Below are positions 52,037-64,000 of a stretch of 64,000 nucleotides of DNA, one piece after another. The notes below the pieces were generated by a model. That model saw nothing but the letters and a program-made list of their open reading frames with translations, made no database searches and was not told the origin of the DNA. The position numbers were made by a program, and so were the translations under genes. Position 1 is the first letter of the stretch. Each line of letters opens with the position of its first letter. Origin of the DNA: Eledone cirrhosa (Eukaryota); contig OZ024743.1 of NCBI GenBank assembly GCA_964016885.1, positions 316,572,001 to 316,636,000 of the forward strand. Reading direction: 5' to 3'.

Positions 52037-55000
52037 ACGCTAGAATTAGGGAGTGAGGTTTGAAAATACGTTAGGAATTAAGGTTTGAAAATAGCTAGCA
52101 AGAAGGTAATGATTGAATGGGGTCCATGCATTTAACAAGCGATTAACAAAAATACAAAATTTGTTCTGTTAAATACGTCCAAAAACCTACGTATTTAGCA
52201 ATTAATAGAAACAAAAAATGTAGTTTGTTTTAGCGATAGATTGGCTATTTGGACTTGATACGAAATATGGATTGTTTTGAAAATACGCTAGAATTAAGAT
52301 TTGTGGAGAGAGAGAGATGAAGTCTGTACATTACGTTTACATGAATATCGTGGACAGCAAGCAATGAAATGAAATTTGGCGAAGTGAATTCCTATCATAT
52401 ATTTATAGAGAGAGAGAGAGAGTGAGAGAGAGCGAGGGGAGGGGGCCACATGATGGCTGTGAGTGTTAGGCGTTTGACCGCCCCGTGCCTTCGAAGAAGG
52501 AAGAAGGAAAGGATTTTTTTTTTTTTTTTTTTTTTTTTGAAGATACGCTAGAATTAGGGAGTGAGGTTTGAAAATACGTTAGGAATTAAGGTTTGAAAAT
52601 AGCTAGCAAGAAGGTAATGATTGAATGGGGTCCATGCATTTAACAAGCGATTAACAAAAATACAAAATTTGTTCTGTTAAATACGTCCAAAAACCTACGT
52701 ATTTAGCAATTAATAGAAACAGAAAATGTAGTTTGTTTTAGCGATAGATTGGCTATTTGGACTTGATACGAAATATGGATTGTTTTGAAAATACGCTAGA
52801 ATTAAGATTTGTGGAGAGAGAGAGATGAAGTCTGTACATTACGTTTACATGAATATCGTGGACAGCAAGCAATGAAATGAAATTTGGCGAAGTGAATTCC
52901 TATCATATATTTATATAGAGAGAGAGAGAGTGAGAGAGAGCGAGGGGAGGGGGCCACATGATGGCTGTGAGTGTTAGGCGTTTGACCGCCCCGTGCCTTC
53001 GAAGAAGGAAGAAGGAAAGGATTTTTTTTTTTTTTTTTTTTTGTTTTGAAGATACGCTAGAATTAGGGAGTGAGGTTTGAAAATACGTTAGGAATTAAGG
53101 TTTGAAAATAGCTAGCAAGAAGGTAATGATTGAATGGGGTCCATGCATTTAACAAGCGATTAACAAAAATACAAAATTTGTTCTGTTAAATACGTCCAAA
53201 AACCTACGTATTTAGCAATTAATAGAAACAGAAAATGTAGTTTGTTTTAGCGATAGATTGGCTATTTGGACTTGATACGAAATATGGATTGTTTTGAAAA
53301 TACGCTAGAATTAAGATTTGTGGAGAGAGAGAGATGAAGTCTGTACATTACGTTTACATGAATATCGTGGACAGCAAGCAATGAAATGAAATTTGGCGAA
53401 GTGAATTCCTATCATATATTTATAGAGAGAGTGAGAGAGAGCGAGGGGAGGGGGCCACATGATGGCTGTGAGTGTTAGGCGTTTGACCGCCCCGTGCCTT
53501 CGAAGAAGGAAGAAGGAAAGGATTTTTTTTTTTTTTTTTTTTGTTTTGAAGATACGCTAGAATTAGGGAGTGAGGTTTGAAAATACGTTAGGAATTAAGG
53601 TTTGAAAATAGCTAGCAAGAAGGTAATGATTGAATGGGGTCCATGTATTTAACAAGCGATTAACAAAAATACAAAATTTGTTCTGTTAAATACGTCCCAA
53701 AACCTACGTATTTAGCAATTAATAGAAACAGAAAATGTAGTTTGTTTTAGCGATAGATTGGCTATTTGGACTTGATACGAAATATGGATTGTTTTGAAAA
53801 TACGCTAGAATTAAGATTTGTGGAGAGAGAGAGATGAAGTCTGTACATTACGTTTACATGAATATCGTGGACAGCAAGCAATGAAATGAAATTTGGCGAA
53901 GTGAATTCCTATCATATATTTATAGAGAGAGAGAGAGAGAGTGAGAGAGAGCGAGGGGAGGGGGCCACATGATGGCTGTGAGTGTTAGGCGTTTGACCGC
54001 CCCGTGCCTTCGAAGAAGGAAGAAGGAAAGGATTTTTTTTTTTTTTTTTTTTTTGTTTTGAAGATACGCTAGAATTAGGGAGTGAGGTTTGAAAATACGT
54101 TAGGAATTAAGGTTTGAAAATAGCTAGCAAGAAGGTAATGATTGAATGGGGTCCATGCATTTAACAAGCGATTAACAAAAATACAAAATTTGTTCTGTTA
54201 AATACGTCCAAAAACCTACGTATTTAGCAATTAATAGAAACAGAAAATGTAGTTTGTTTTAGCGATAGATTGGCTATTTGGACTTGATACGAAATATGGA
54301 TTGTTTTGAAAATACGCTAGAATTAAGATTTGTGGAGAGAGAGAGATGAAGTCTGTACATTACGTTTACATGAGTATCGTGGACAGCAAGCAATGAAATG
54401 AAATTTGGCGAAGTGAATTCCTATCATATATTTATAGAGAGAGAGAGAGAGTGAGAGAGAGCGAGGGGAGGGGGCCACATGATGGCTGTGAGTGTTAGGC
54501 GTTTGACCGCCCCGTGCCTTCGAAGAAGGAAGAAGGAAAGGATTTTTTTTTTTTTTTTTTTTTTTTGAAGATACGCTAGAATTAGGGAGTGAGGTTTGAA
54601 AATACGTTAGGAATTAAGGTTTGAAAATAGCTAGCAAGAAGGTAATGATTGAATGGGGTCCATGCATTTAACAAGCGATTAACAAAAATACAAAATTTGT
54701 TCTGTTAAATACGTCCAAAAACCTACGTATTTAGCAATTAATAGAAACAGAAAATGTAGTTTGTTTTAGCGATAGATTGGCTATTTGGACTTGATACGAA
54801 ATATGGATTGTTTTGAAAATACGCTAGAATTAAGATTTGTGGAGAGAGAGAGATGAAGTCTGTACATTACGTTTACATGAATATCGTGGACAGCAAGCAA
54901 TGAAATGAAATTTGGCGAAGTGAATTCCTATCATATATTTATAGAGAGAGAGAGAGAGTGAGAGAGAGCGAGGGGAGGGGGCCACATGATGGCTGTGAGT

Positions 55001-58000
55001 GTTAGGCGTTTGACCGCCCCGTGCCTTCGAAGAAGGAAGAAGGAAAGGATTTTTTTTTTTTTTTTTTTTTTGTTTTGAAGATACGCTAGAATTAGGGAGT
55101 GAGGTTTGAAAATACGTTAGGAATTAAGGTTTGAAAATAGCTAGCAAGAAGGTAATGATTGAATGGGGTCCATGCATTTAACAAGCGATTAACAAAAATA
55201 CAAAATTTGTTCTGTTAAATACGTCCAAAAACCTACGTATTTAGCAATTAATAGAAACAGAAAATGTAGTTTGTTTTAGCGATAGATTGGCTATTTGGAC
55301 TTGATACGAAATATGGATTGTTTTGAAAATACGCTAGAATTAAGATTTGTGGAGAGAGAGAGATGAAGTCTGTACATTACGTTTACATGAATATCGTGGA
55401 CAGCAAGCAATGAAATGAAATTTGGCGAAGTGAATTCCTATCATATATTTATAGAGAGAGAGAGAGAGTGAGAGAGAGCGAGGGGAGGGGGCCACATGAT
55501 GGCTGTGAGTGTTAGGCGTTTGACCGCCCCGTGCCTTCGAAGAAGGAAGAAGGAAAGGATTTTTTTTTTTTTTTTTTTTTTGTTTTGAAGATACGCTAGA
55601 ATTAGGGAGTGAGGTTTGAAAATACGTTAGGAATTAAGGTTTGAAAATAGCTAGCAAGAAGGTAATGATTGAATGGGGTCCATGCATTTAACAAGCGATT
55701 AACAAAAATACAAAATTTGTTCTGTTAAATACGTCCAAAAACCTACGTATTTAGCAATTAATAGAAACAGAAAATGTAGTTTGTTTTAGCGATAGATTGG
55801 CTATTTGGACTTGATACGAAATATGGATTGTTTTGAAAATACGCTAGAATTAAGATTTGTGGAGAGAGAGAGATGAAGTCTGTACATTACGTTTACATGA
55901 ATATCGTGGACAGCAAGCAATGAAATGAAATTTGGCGAAGTGAATTCCTATCATATATTTATATAGAGAGAGAGAGAGTGAGAGAGAGCGAGGGGAGGGG
56001 GCCACATGATGGCTGTGAGTGTTAGGCGTTTGACCGCCCCGTGCCTTCGAAGAAGGAAGAAGGAAAGGATTTTTTTTTTTTTTTTTTTTTGTTTTGAAGA
56101 TACGCTAGAATTAGGGAGTGAGGTTTGAAAATACGTTAGGAATTAAGGTTTGAAAATAGCTAGCAAGAAGGTAATGATTGAATGGGGTCCATGCATTTAA
56201 CAAGCGATTAACAAAAATACAAAATTTGTTCTGTTAAATACGTCCAAAAACCTACGTATTTAGCAATTAATAGAAACAGAAAATGTAGTTTGTTTTAGCG
56301 ATAGATTGGCTATTTGGACTTGATACGAAATATGGATTGTTTTGAAAATACGCTAGAATTAAGATTTGTGGAGAGAGAGAGATGAAGTCTGTACATTACG
56401 TTTACATGAATATTGTGGACAGCAAGCAATGAAATGAAATTTGGCGAAGTGAATTCCTATCATATATTTATAGAGAGAGAGAGAGAGAGAGTGAGAGAGA
56501 GCGAGGGGAGGGGGCCACATGATGGCTGTGAGTGTTAGGCGTTTGACCGCCCCGTGCCTTCGAAGAAGGAAAGGATTTTTTTTTTTTTTTTTTTGTTTTG
56601 AAGATACGCTAGAATTAGGGAGTGAGGTTTGAAAATACGTTAGGAATTAAGGTTTGAAAATAGCTAGCAAGAAGGTAATGATTGAATGGGGTCCATGCAT
56701 TTAACAAGCGATTAACAAAAATACAAAATTTGTTCTGTTAAATACGTCCAAAAACCTACGTATTTAGCAATTAATAGAAACAGAAAATGTAGTTTGTTTT
56801 AGCGATAGATTGGCTATTTGGACTTGATACGAAATATGGATTGTTTTGAAAATACGCTAGAATTAAGATTTGTGGAGAGAGAGAGATGAAGTCTGTACAT
56901 TACGTTTACATGAGTATCGTGGACAGCAAGCAATGAAATGAAATTTGGCGAAGTGAATTCCTATCATATATTTATAGAGAGTGAGAGAGAGCGAGGGGAG
57001 GGGGCCACATGATGGCTGTGAGTGTTAGGCGTTTGACCGCCCCGTGCCTTCGAAGAAGGAAGAAGGAAAGGATTTTGTTTTTTGTTTGTTTTTTTTTTAT
57101 TTTGAAGATACGCTAGAATTAGGGAGTGAGGTTTGAAAATACGTTAGGAATTAAGGTTTGAAAATAGCTAGCAAGAAGGTAATGATTGAATGGGGTCCAT
57201 GCATTTAACAAGCGATTAACAAAAATACAAAATTTGTTCTGTTAAATACGTCCAAAAACCTACGTATTTAGCAATTAATAGAAACAGAAAATGTAGTTTG
57301 TTTTAGCGATAGATTGGCTATTTGGACTTGATACGAAATATGGATTGTTTTGAAAATACGCTAGAATTAAGATTTGTGGAGAGAGAGAGATGAAGTCTGT
57401 ACATTACGTTTACATGAATATCGTGGACAGCAAGCAATGAAATGAAATTTGGCGAAGTGAATTCCTATCATATATTTATAGAGAGTGAGAGAGAGCGAGG
57501 GGAGGGGGCCACATGATGGCTGTGAGTGTTAGGCGTTTGACCGCCCCGTGCCTTCGAAGAAGGAAGAAGGAAAGGATTTTGTTTTTTTTTTTTTTTGTTT
57601 TGAAGATACGCTAGAATTAGGGAGTGAGGTTTGAAAATACGTTAGGAATTAAGGTTTGAAAATAGCTAGCAAGAAGGTAATGATTGAATGGGGTCCATGC
57701 ATTTAACAAGCGATTAACAAAAATACAAAATTTGTTCTGTTAAATACGTCCAAAAACCTACGTATTTAGCAATTAATAGAAACAGAAAATGTAGTTTGTT
57801 TTAGCGATAGATTGGCTATTTGGACTTGATACGAAATATGGATTGTTTTGAAAATACGCTAGAATTAAGATTTGTGGAGAGAGAGAGATGAAGTCTGTAC
57901 ATTACGTTTACATGAATATCGTGGACAGCAAGCAATGAAATGAAATTTGGCGAAGTGAATTCCTATCATATATTTATAGAGAGAGTGAGAGAGAGCGAGG

Positions 58001-61000
58001 GGAGGGGGCCACATGATGGCTGTGAGTGTTAGGCGTTTGACCGCCCCGTGCCTTCGAAGAAGGAAGAAGGAAAGGATTTTTTTTTTTTTGTTTTTTGTTT
58101 TGAAGATACGCTAGAATTAGGGAGTGAGGTTTGAAAATACGTTAGGAATTAAGGTTTGAAAATAGCTAGCAAGAAGGTAATGATTGAATGGGGTCCATGC
58201 ATTTAACAAGCGATTAACAAAAATACAAAATTTGTTCTGTTAAATACGTCCAAAAACCTACGTATTTAGCAATTAATAGAAACAGAAAATGTAGTTTGTT
58301 TTAGCGATAGATTGGCTATTTGGACTTGATACGAAATATGGATTGTTTTGAAAATACGCTAGAATTAAGATTTGTGGAGAGAGAGAGATGAAGTCTGTAC
58401 ATTACGTTTACATGAATATCGTGGACAGCAAGCAATGAAATGAAATTTGGCGAAGTGAATTCCTATCATATATTTATAGAGAGAGAGAGAGAGTGAGAGA
58501 GAGCGAGGGGAGGGGGCCACATGATGGCTGTGAGTGTTAGGCGTTTGACCGCCCCGTGCCTTCGAAGAAGGAAGAAGGAAAGGATTTTTTTTTTTTTTTT
58601 TTTTTGTTTTGAAGATACGCTAGAATTAGGGAGTGAGGTTTGAAAATACGTTAGGAATTAAGGTTTGAAAATAGCTAGCAAGAAGGTAATGATTGAATGG
58701 GGTCCATGCATTTAACAAGCGATTAACAAAAATACAAAATTTGTTCTGTTAAATACGTCCAAAAACCTACGTATTTAGCAATTAATAGAAACAGAAAATG
58801 TAGTTTGTTTTAGCGATAGATTGGCTATTTGGACTTGATACGAAATATGGATTGTTTTGAAAATACGCTAGAATTAAGATTTGTGGAGAGAGAGAGATGA
58901 AGTCTGTACATTACGTTTACATGAGTATCGTGGACAGCAAGCAATGAAATGAAATTTGGCGAAGTGAATTCCTATCATATATTTATAGAGAGTGAGAGAG
59001 AGCGAGGGGAGGGGGCCACATGATGGCTGTGAGTGTTAGGCGTTTGACCGCCCCGTGCCTTCGAAGAAGGAAGAAGGAAAGGATTTTTTTTTTTTTTTTT
59101 TTTTTTTTATTTTGAAGATACGCTAGAATTAGGGAGTGAGGTTTGAAAATACGTTAGGAATTAAGGTTTGAAAATAGCTAGCAAGAAGGTAATGATTGAA
59201 TGGGGTCCATGCATTTAACAAGCGATTAACAAAAATACAAAATTTGTTCTGTTAAATACGTCCAAAAACCTACGTATTTAGCAATTAATAGAAACAGAAA
59301 ATGTAGTTTGTTTTAGCGATAGATTGGCTATTTGGACTTGATACGAAATATGGATTGTTTTGAAAATACGCTAGAATTAAGATTTGTGGAGAGAGAGAGA
59401 TGAAGTCTGTACATTACGTTTACATGAATATCGTGGACAGCAAGCAATGAAATGAAATTTGGCGAAGTGAATTCCTATCATATATTTATAGAGAGAGAGA
59501 GAGAGTGAGAGAGAGCGAGGGGAGGGGGCCACATGATGGCTGTGAGTGTTAGGCGTTTGACCGCCCCGTGCCTTCGAAGAAGGAAGAAGGAAAGGATTTT
59601 TTTTTTTTTTTTTTTTGTTTTGAAGATACGCTAGAATTAGGGAGTGAGGTTTGAAAATACGTTAGGAATTAAGGTTTGAAAATAGCTAGCAAGAAGGTAA
59701 TGATTGAATGGGGTCCATGCATTTAACAAGCGATTAACAAAAATACAAAATTTGTTCTGTTAAATACGTCCAAAAACCTACGTATTTAGCAATTAATAGA
59801 AACAGAAAATGTAGTTTGTTTTAGCGATAGATTGGCTATTTGGACTTGATACGAAATATGGATTGTTTTGAAAATACGCTAGAATTAAGATTTGTGGAGA
59901 GAGAGAGATGAAGTCTGTACATTACGTTTACATGAATATCGTGGGCAGCAAGCAATGAAATGAAATTTGGCGAAGTGAATTCCTATCATATATTTATAGA
60001 GAGAGAGAGAGAGTGAGAGAGAGCGAGGGGAGGGGGCCACATGATGGCTGTGAGTGTTAGGCGTTTGACCGCCCCGTGCCTTCGAAGAAGGAAGAAGGAA
60101 AGGATTTTTTTTTTTTTTTTTTTTTTTTTGAAGATACGCTAGAATTAGGGAGTGAGGTTTGAAAATACGTTAGGAATTAAGGTTTGAAAATAGCTAGCAA
60201 GAAGGTAATGATTGAATGGGGTCCATGCATTTAACAAGCGATTAACAAAAATACAAAATTTGTTCTGTTAAATACGTCCAAAAACCTACGTATTTAGCAA
60301 TTAATAGAAACAGAAAATGTAGTTTGTTTTAGCGATAGATTGGCTATTTGGACTTGATACGAAATATGGATTGTTTTGAAAATACGCTAGAATTAAGATT
60401 TGTGGAGAGAGAGAGATGAAGTCTGTACATTACGTTTACATGAATATCGTGGACAGCAAGCAATGAAATGAAATTTGGCGAAGTGAATTCCTATCATATA
60501 TTTATAGAGAGAGTGAGAGAGAGCGAGGGGAGGGGGCCACATGATGGCTGTGAGTGTTAGGCGTTTGACCGCCCCGTGCCTTCGAAGAAGGAAGAAGGAA
60601 AGGATTTTTTTTTTTTTGTTTTTTGTTTTGAAGATACGCTAGAATTAGGGAGTGAGGTTTGAAAATACGTTAGGAATTAAGGTTTGAAAATAGCTAGCAA
60701 GAAGGTAATGATTGAATGGGGTCCATGCATTTAACAAGCGATTAACAAAAATACAAAATTTGTTCTGTTAAATACGTCCAAAAACCTACGTATTTAGCAA
60801 TTAATAGAAACAGAAAATGTAGTTTGTTTTAGCGATAGATTGGCTATTTGGACTTGATACGAAATATGGATTGTTTTGAAAATACGCTAGAATTAAGATT
60901 TGTGGAGAGAGAGAGATGAAGTCTGTACATTACGTTTACATGAATATCGTGGACAGCAAGCAATGAAATGAAATTTGGCGAAATGAATTCCTATCATATA

Positions 61001-61755
61001 TTTATAGAGAGAGAGAGAGAGTGAGAGAGAGCGAGGGGAGGGGGCCACATGATGGCTGTGAGTGTTAGGCGTTTGACCGCCCCGTGCCTTCGAAGAAGGA
61101 AGAAGGAAAGGATTTTTTTTTTTTTTTTTTTTTGTTTTGAAGATACGCTAGAATTAGGGAGTGAGGTTTGAAAATACGTTAGGAATTAAGGTTTGAAAAT
61201 AGCTAGCAAGAAGGTAATGATTGAATGGGGTCCATGCATTTAACAAGCGATTAACAAAAATACAAAATTTGTTCTGTTAAATACGTCCAAAAACCTACGT
61301 ATTTAGCAATTAATAGAAACAGAAAATGTAGTTTGTTTTAGCGATAGATTGGCTATTTGGACTTGATACGAAATATGGATTGTTTTGAAAATACGCTAGA
61401 ATTAAGATTTGTGGAGAGAGAGAGATGAAGTCTGTACATTACGTTTACATGAATATCGTGGACAGCAAGCAATGAAATGAAATTTGGCGAAGTGAATTCC
61501 TATCATATATTTATAGAGAGAGAGAGAGAGAGTGAGAGAGAGCGAGGGGAGGGGGCCACATGATGGCTGTGAGTGTTAGGCGTTTGACCGCCCCGTGCCT
61601 TCGAAGAAGGAAGAAGGAAAGGATTTTGTTTTTTGTTTTTTTTTTTGTTTTGAAGATACGCTAGAATTAGGGAGTGAGGTTTGAAAATACGTTAGGAATT
61701 AAGGTTTGAAAATAGCTAGCAAGAAGGTAATGATTGACTGGGGTCCATGCATTTA
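37429..61755. repeat. Tandem array of 48 ~500-513-bp monomers plus a ~43-bp partial copy
   Basis: TAGCTAGCAAGAAGGTAATG recurs at ~37429, 37941, 38439 ... 61200, 61713. Monomers are near-identical, with length variation in the GA, GAAGAAG and poly-T tracts. Confidence 0.98.
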
Positions 61756-61991
61756 CATATATATATATATATATACACATATATATATATATATATACAT
61801 ACACATATACACACATATATATACATACACATACATACATGTACACACACATACATATACATACATACACACATATACACATACATATATAGTCATACAC
61901 ACACATACACCTACACGAATATACACATACACATATATAAAGATATATATACACACACACACATACACACACACACATATATATAAAATAA

Positions 61992-62038
<47 letters not shown>

Positions 62039-62661
62039 CATACACATATACATAGACATATATGTACATACATACACATACATACATACATATACACACA
62101 TATATATATATATATACACACATAGACACATACATACATACACACACAACTTACATACACACATATATACACATACATAGACATAGATATATATTCATAC
62201 ATACATACGCACTTACATATACTCATATATACAAATACATACGCATCCATATATGCGTATATACATACAAACACCACTACACTCTCACACAACTCAGACA
62301 TACAAAGAAAAAGGTATATACATATACATATATACACACATTAATAGAGATACATATACACATATATATATATATATATATACACATACATTTATATATA
62401 TACACCCACACACACATACAACCATAAACACACATACAAACACACACATACACACATATATACATACATATATATACACACACACAAAAAACACACATAC
62501 ACATATATATTTTTACACATATATATACATATATATACATATACACACCCTCACATATACACACATACACATAAGTTATATTATAATAATAAATAATATA
62601 TATATATATATATATATACACATACGAATATAGACATATATACACACATAGATATACATAC

Positions 62662-62693
<32 letters not shown>

Positions 62694-62861
62694 TCACATA
62701 TATATGTGCGCACACGTACATATATACACATACACACATATACACATAAACATATACATGTGCATACATGTACATACACACATATACCCACATAGATACG
62801 AAGATAGACATATATATAGAGAGACATACATATATATACACATATGTATATACACATACAT

Positions 62862-62902
<41 letters not shown>

Positions 62903-63125
62903 TACACGCCCACACACATATACACATATACACATATATATATATATATACATATACACATATATATACACATGCATATATACACATATATATATATATA
63001 CACACATATATATACACACAATCTTACATTCTTATTTGCATGCGCATATATGTATTTTTATATTCAGATATAAATACCCAAACATATATACACCTACCTA
63101 CATATATATTCATACATACACGCTT
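61756..63125. repeat. Degenerate TA/CA microsatellite region
   Basis: Simple-sequence composition. Confidence 0.93.
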
Positions 63126-63674
63126 ACAAACACAGATGATAATGGTATGGGGGAAAGGGGGGGGGGTGGAGAAGGGGATTATAGTAAATATATGTTTCAA
63201 GAAACATAGAATATTATCTGTATCTGGATCCCAATATATGTTTTTACATAGTTTCAGTGTTAGGAAATACAAGAAATAAGGCAAAATTATGCATTTCAAA
63301 ATAAGTATACCATTAATTATATGTTAACTAAACTAAAGATAGTTAACATATTGATTTCTAAGGTGTAAATTAGTTAGGTTTATAATATTTGAAGCAGAAT
63401 TTTGAAGTTAAATAGTAGTAGAGTATTAATTATAGTATAACTAAATTAAAGTTATTAACGTTATGGTATCAATATTAGGAAATGAATTTAGTAATAGGGA
63501 AAAAACAAATAAAGTATTACATCGGTAGTAGAATATAAATTATAGGTTAACTAAATTAAAAATTATATATTAATTTCTATAGTATATGTTAATTAGGTAT
63601 ATAATAAATAAAACAGATATTGTATTTTATCAATAGCAGAATATAATTATATGCAAATAGAAATCAAAATTAAT

Positions 63675-63690
63675 ACATATACATATACAT

Positions 63691-63773
<83 letters not shown>

Positions 63774-63810
63774 TACATACACATACATATACATACATAG
63801 ATATACATAT
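63675..63810. repeat. (TA)n/(CATA) microsatellite
   Basis: Simple repeat. Confidence 0.93.
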
Positions 63811-64000
63811 TTTTTCAAAAATTGCAAAGAATATATTAACTAGGTATACATCCAAAACACATCCCATTCTATGATTACATGACACTCTGCAATCCGTCTG
63901 TATAAGGATACTAATTTTAAGCCAATTAAATTAAATTTTTAGGTTGACTAAATTTAAAACCAAATTATAAATATATTTCTAAAATGTATATTAATTAGGT

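Noticed and set aside
37429-61755. Array as CRISPR, rDNA/5S, snRNA or histone cluster
   Set aside because: No variable spacers, no recognisable RNA gene or ORF; the 49186-49392 ORF results from one GA-length variant.
63140-63660. AT-rich segment resembling a Penelope pLTR
   Set aside because: No complete hammerhead or coding remnant found; cannot be supported.

Overview
Repeat-dominated, AT-rich eukaryotic DNA. The mix of (TA)n/(TATG)n tracts, RTE LINEs with (CAT)n tails and tRNA-derived SINEs looks molluscan, probably octopus-like; that assignment is an inference. Most long ORFs in the track (YIYI/CVCV) are microsatellite artefacts. The window contains: (i) several minus-strand RTE-clade LINE copies, one near full length (33593-~37470) with two frameshifts; (ii) ten copies of a ~610-bp internally deleted RTE-derived element; (iii) a 4-copy ~4.0-kb tandem amplicon (4.9-20.9 kb) carrying a Penelope-type GIY-YIG fragment and a hammerhead ribozyme; (iv) three more hammerhead motifs elsewhere; (v) a decayed Helitron Rep/helicase; (vi) SINEs; (vii) an intronless Ly6/three-finger (quiver/sleepless-like) gene whose GPI tail is removed by a 7-bp duplication; and (viii) a ~24.3-kb array of 48 x ~506-bp monomers with higher-order structure, continuous with the 5' UTR of the near-full-length LINE and carrying promoter-like motifs pointing into it.
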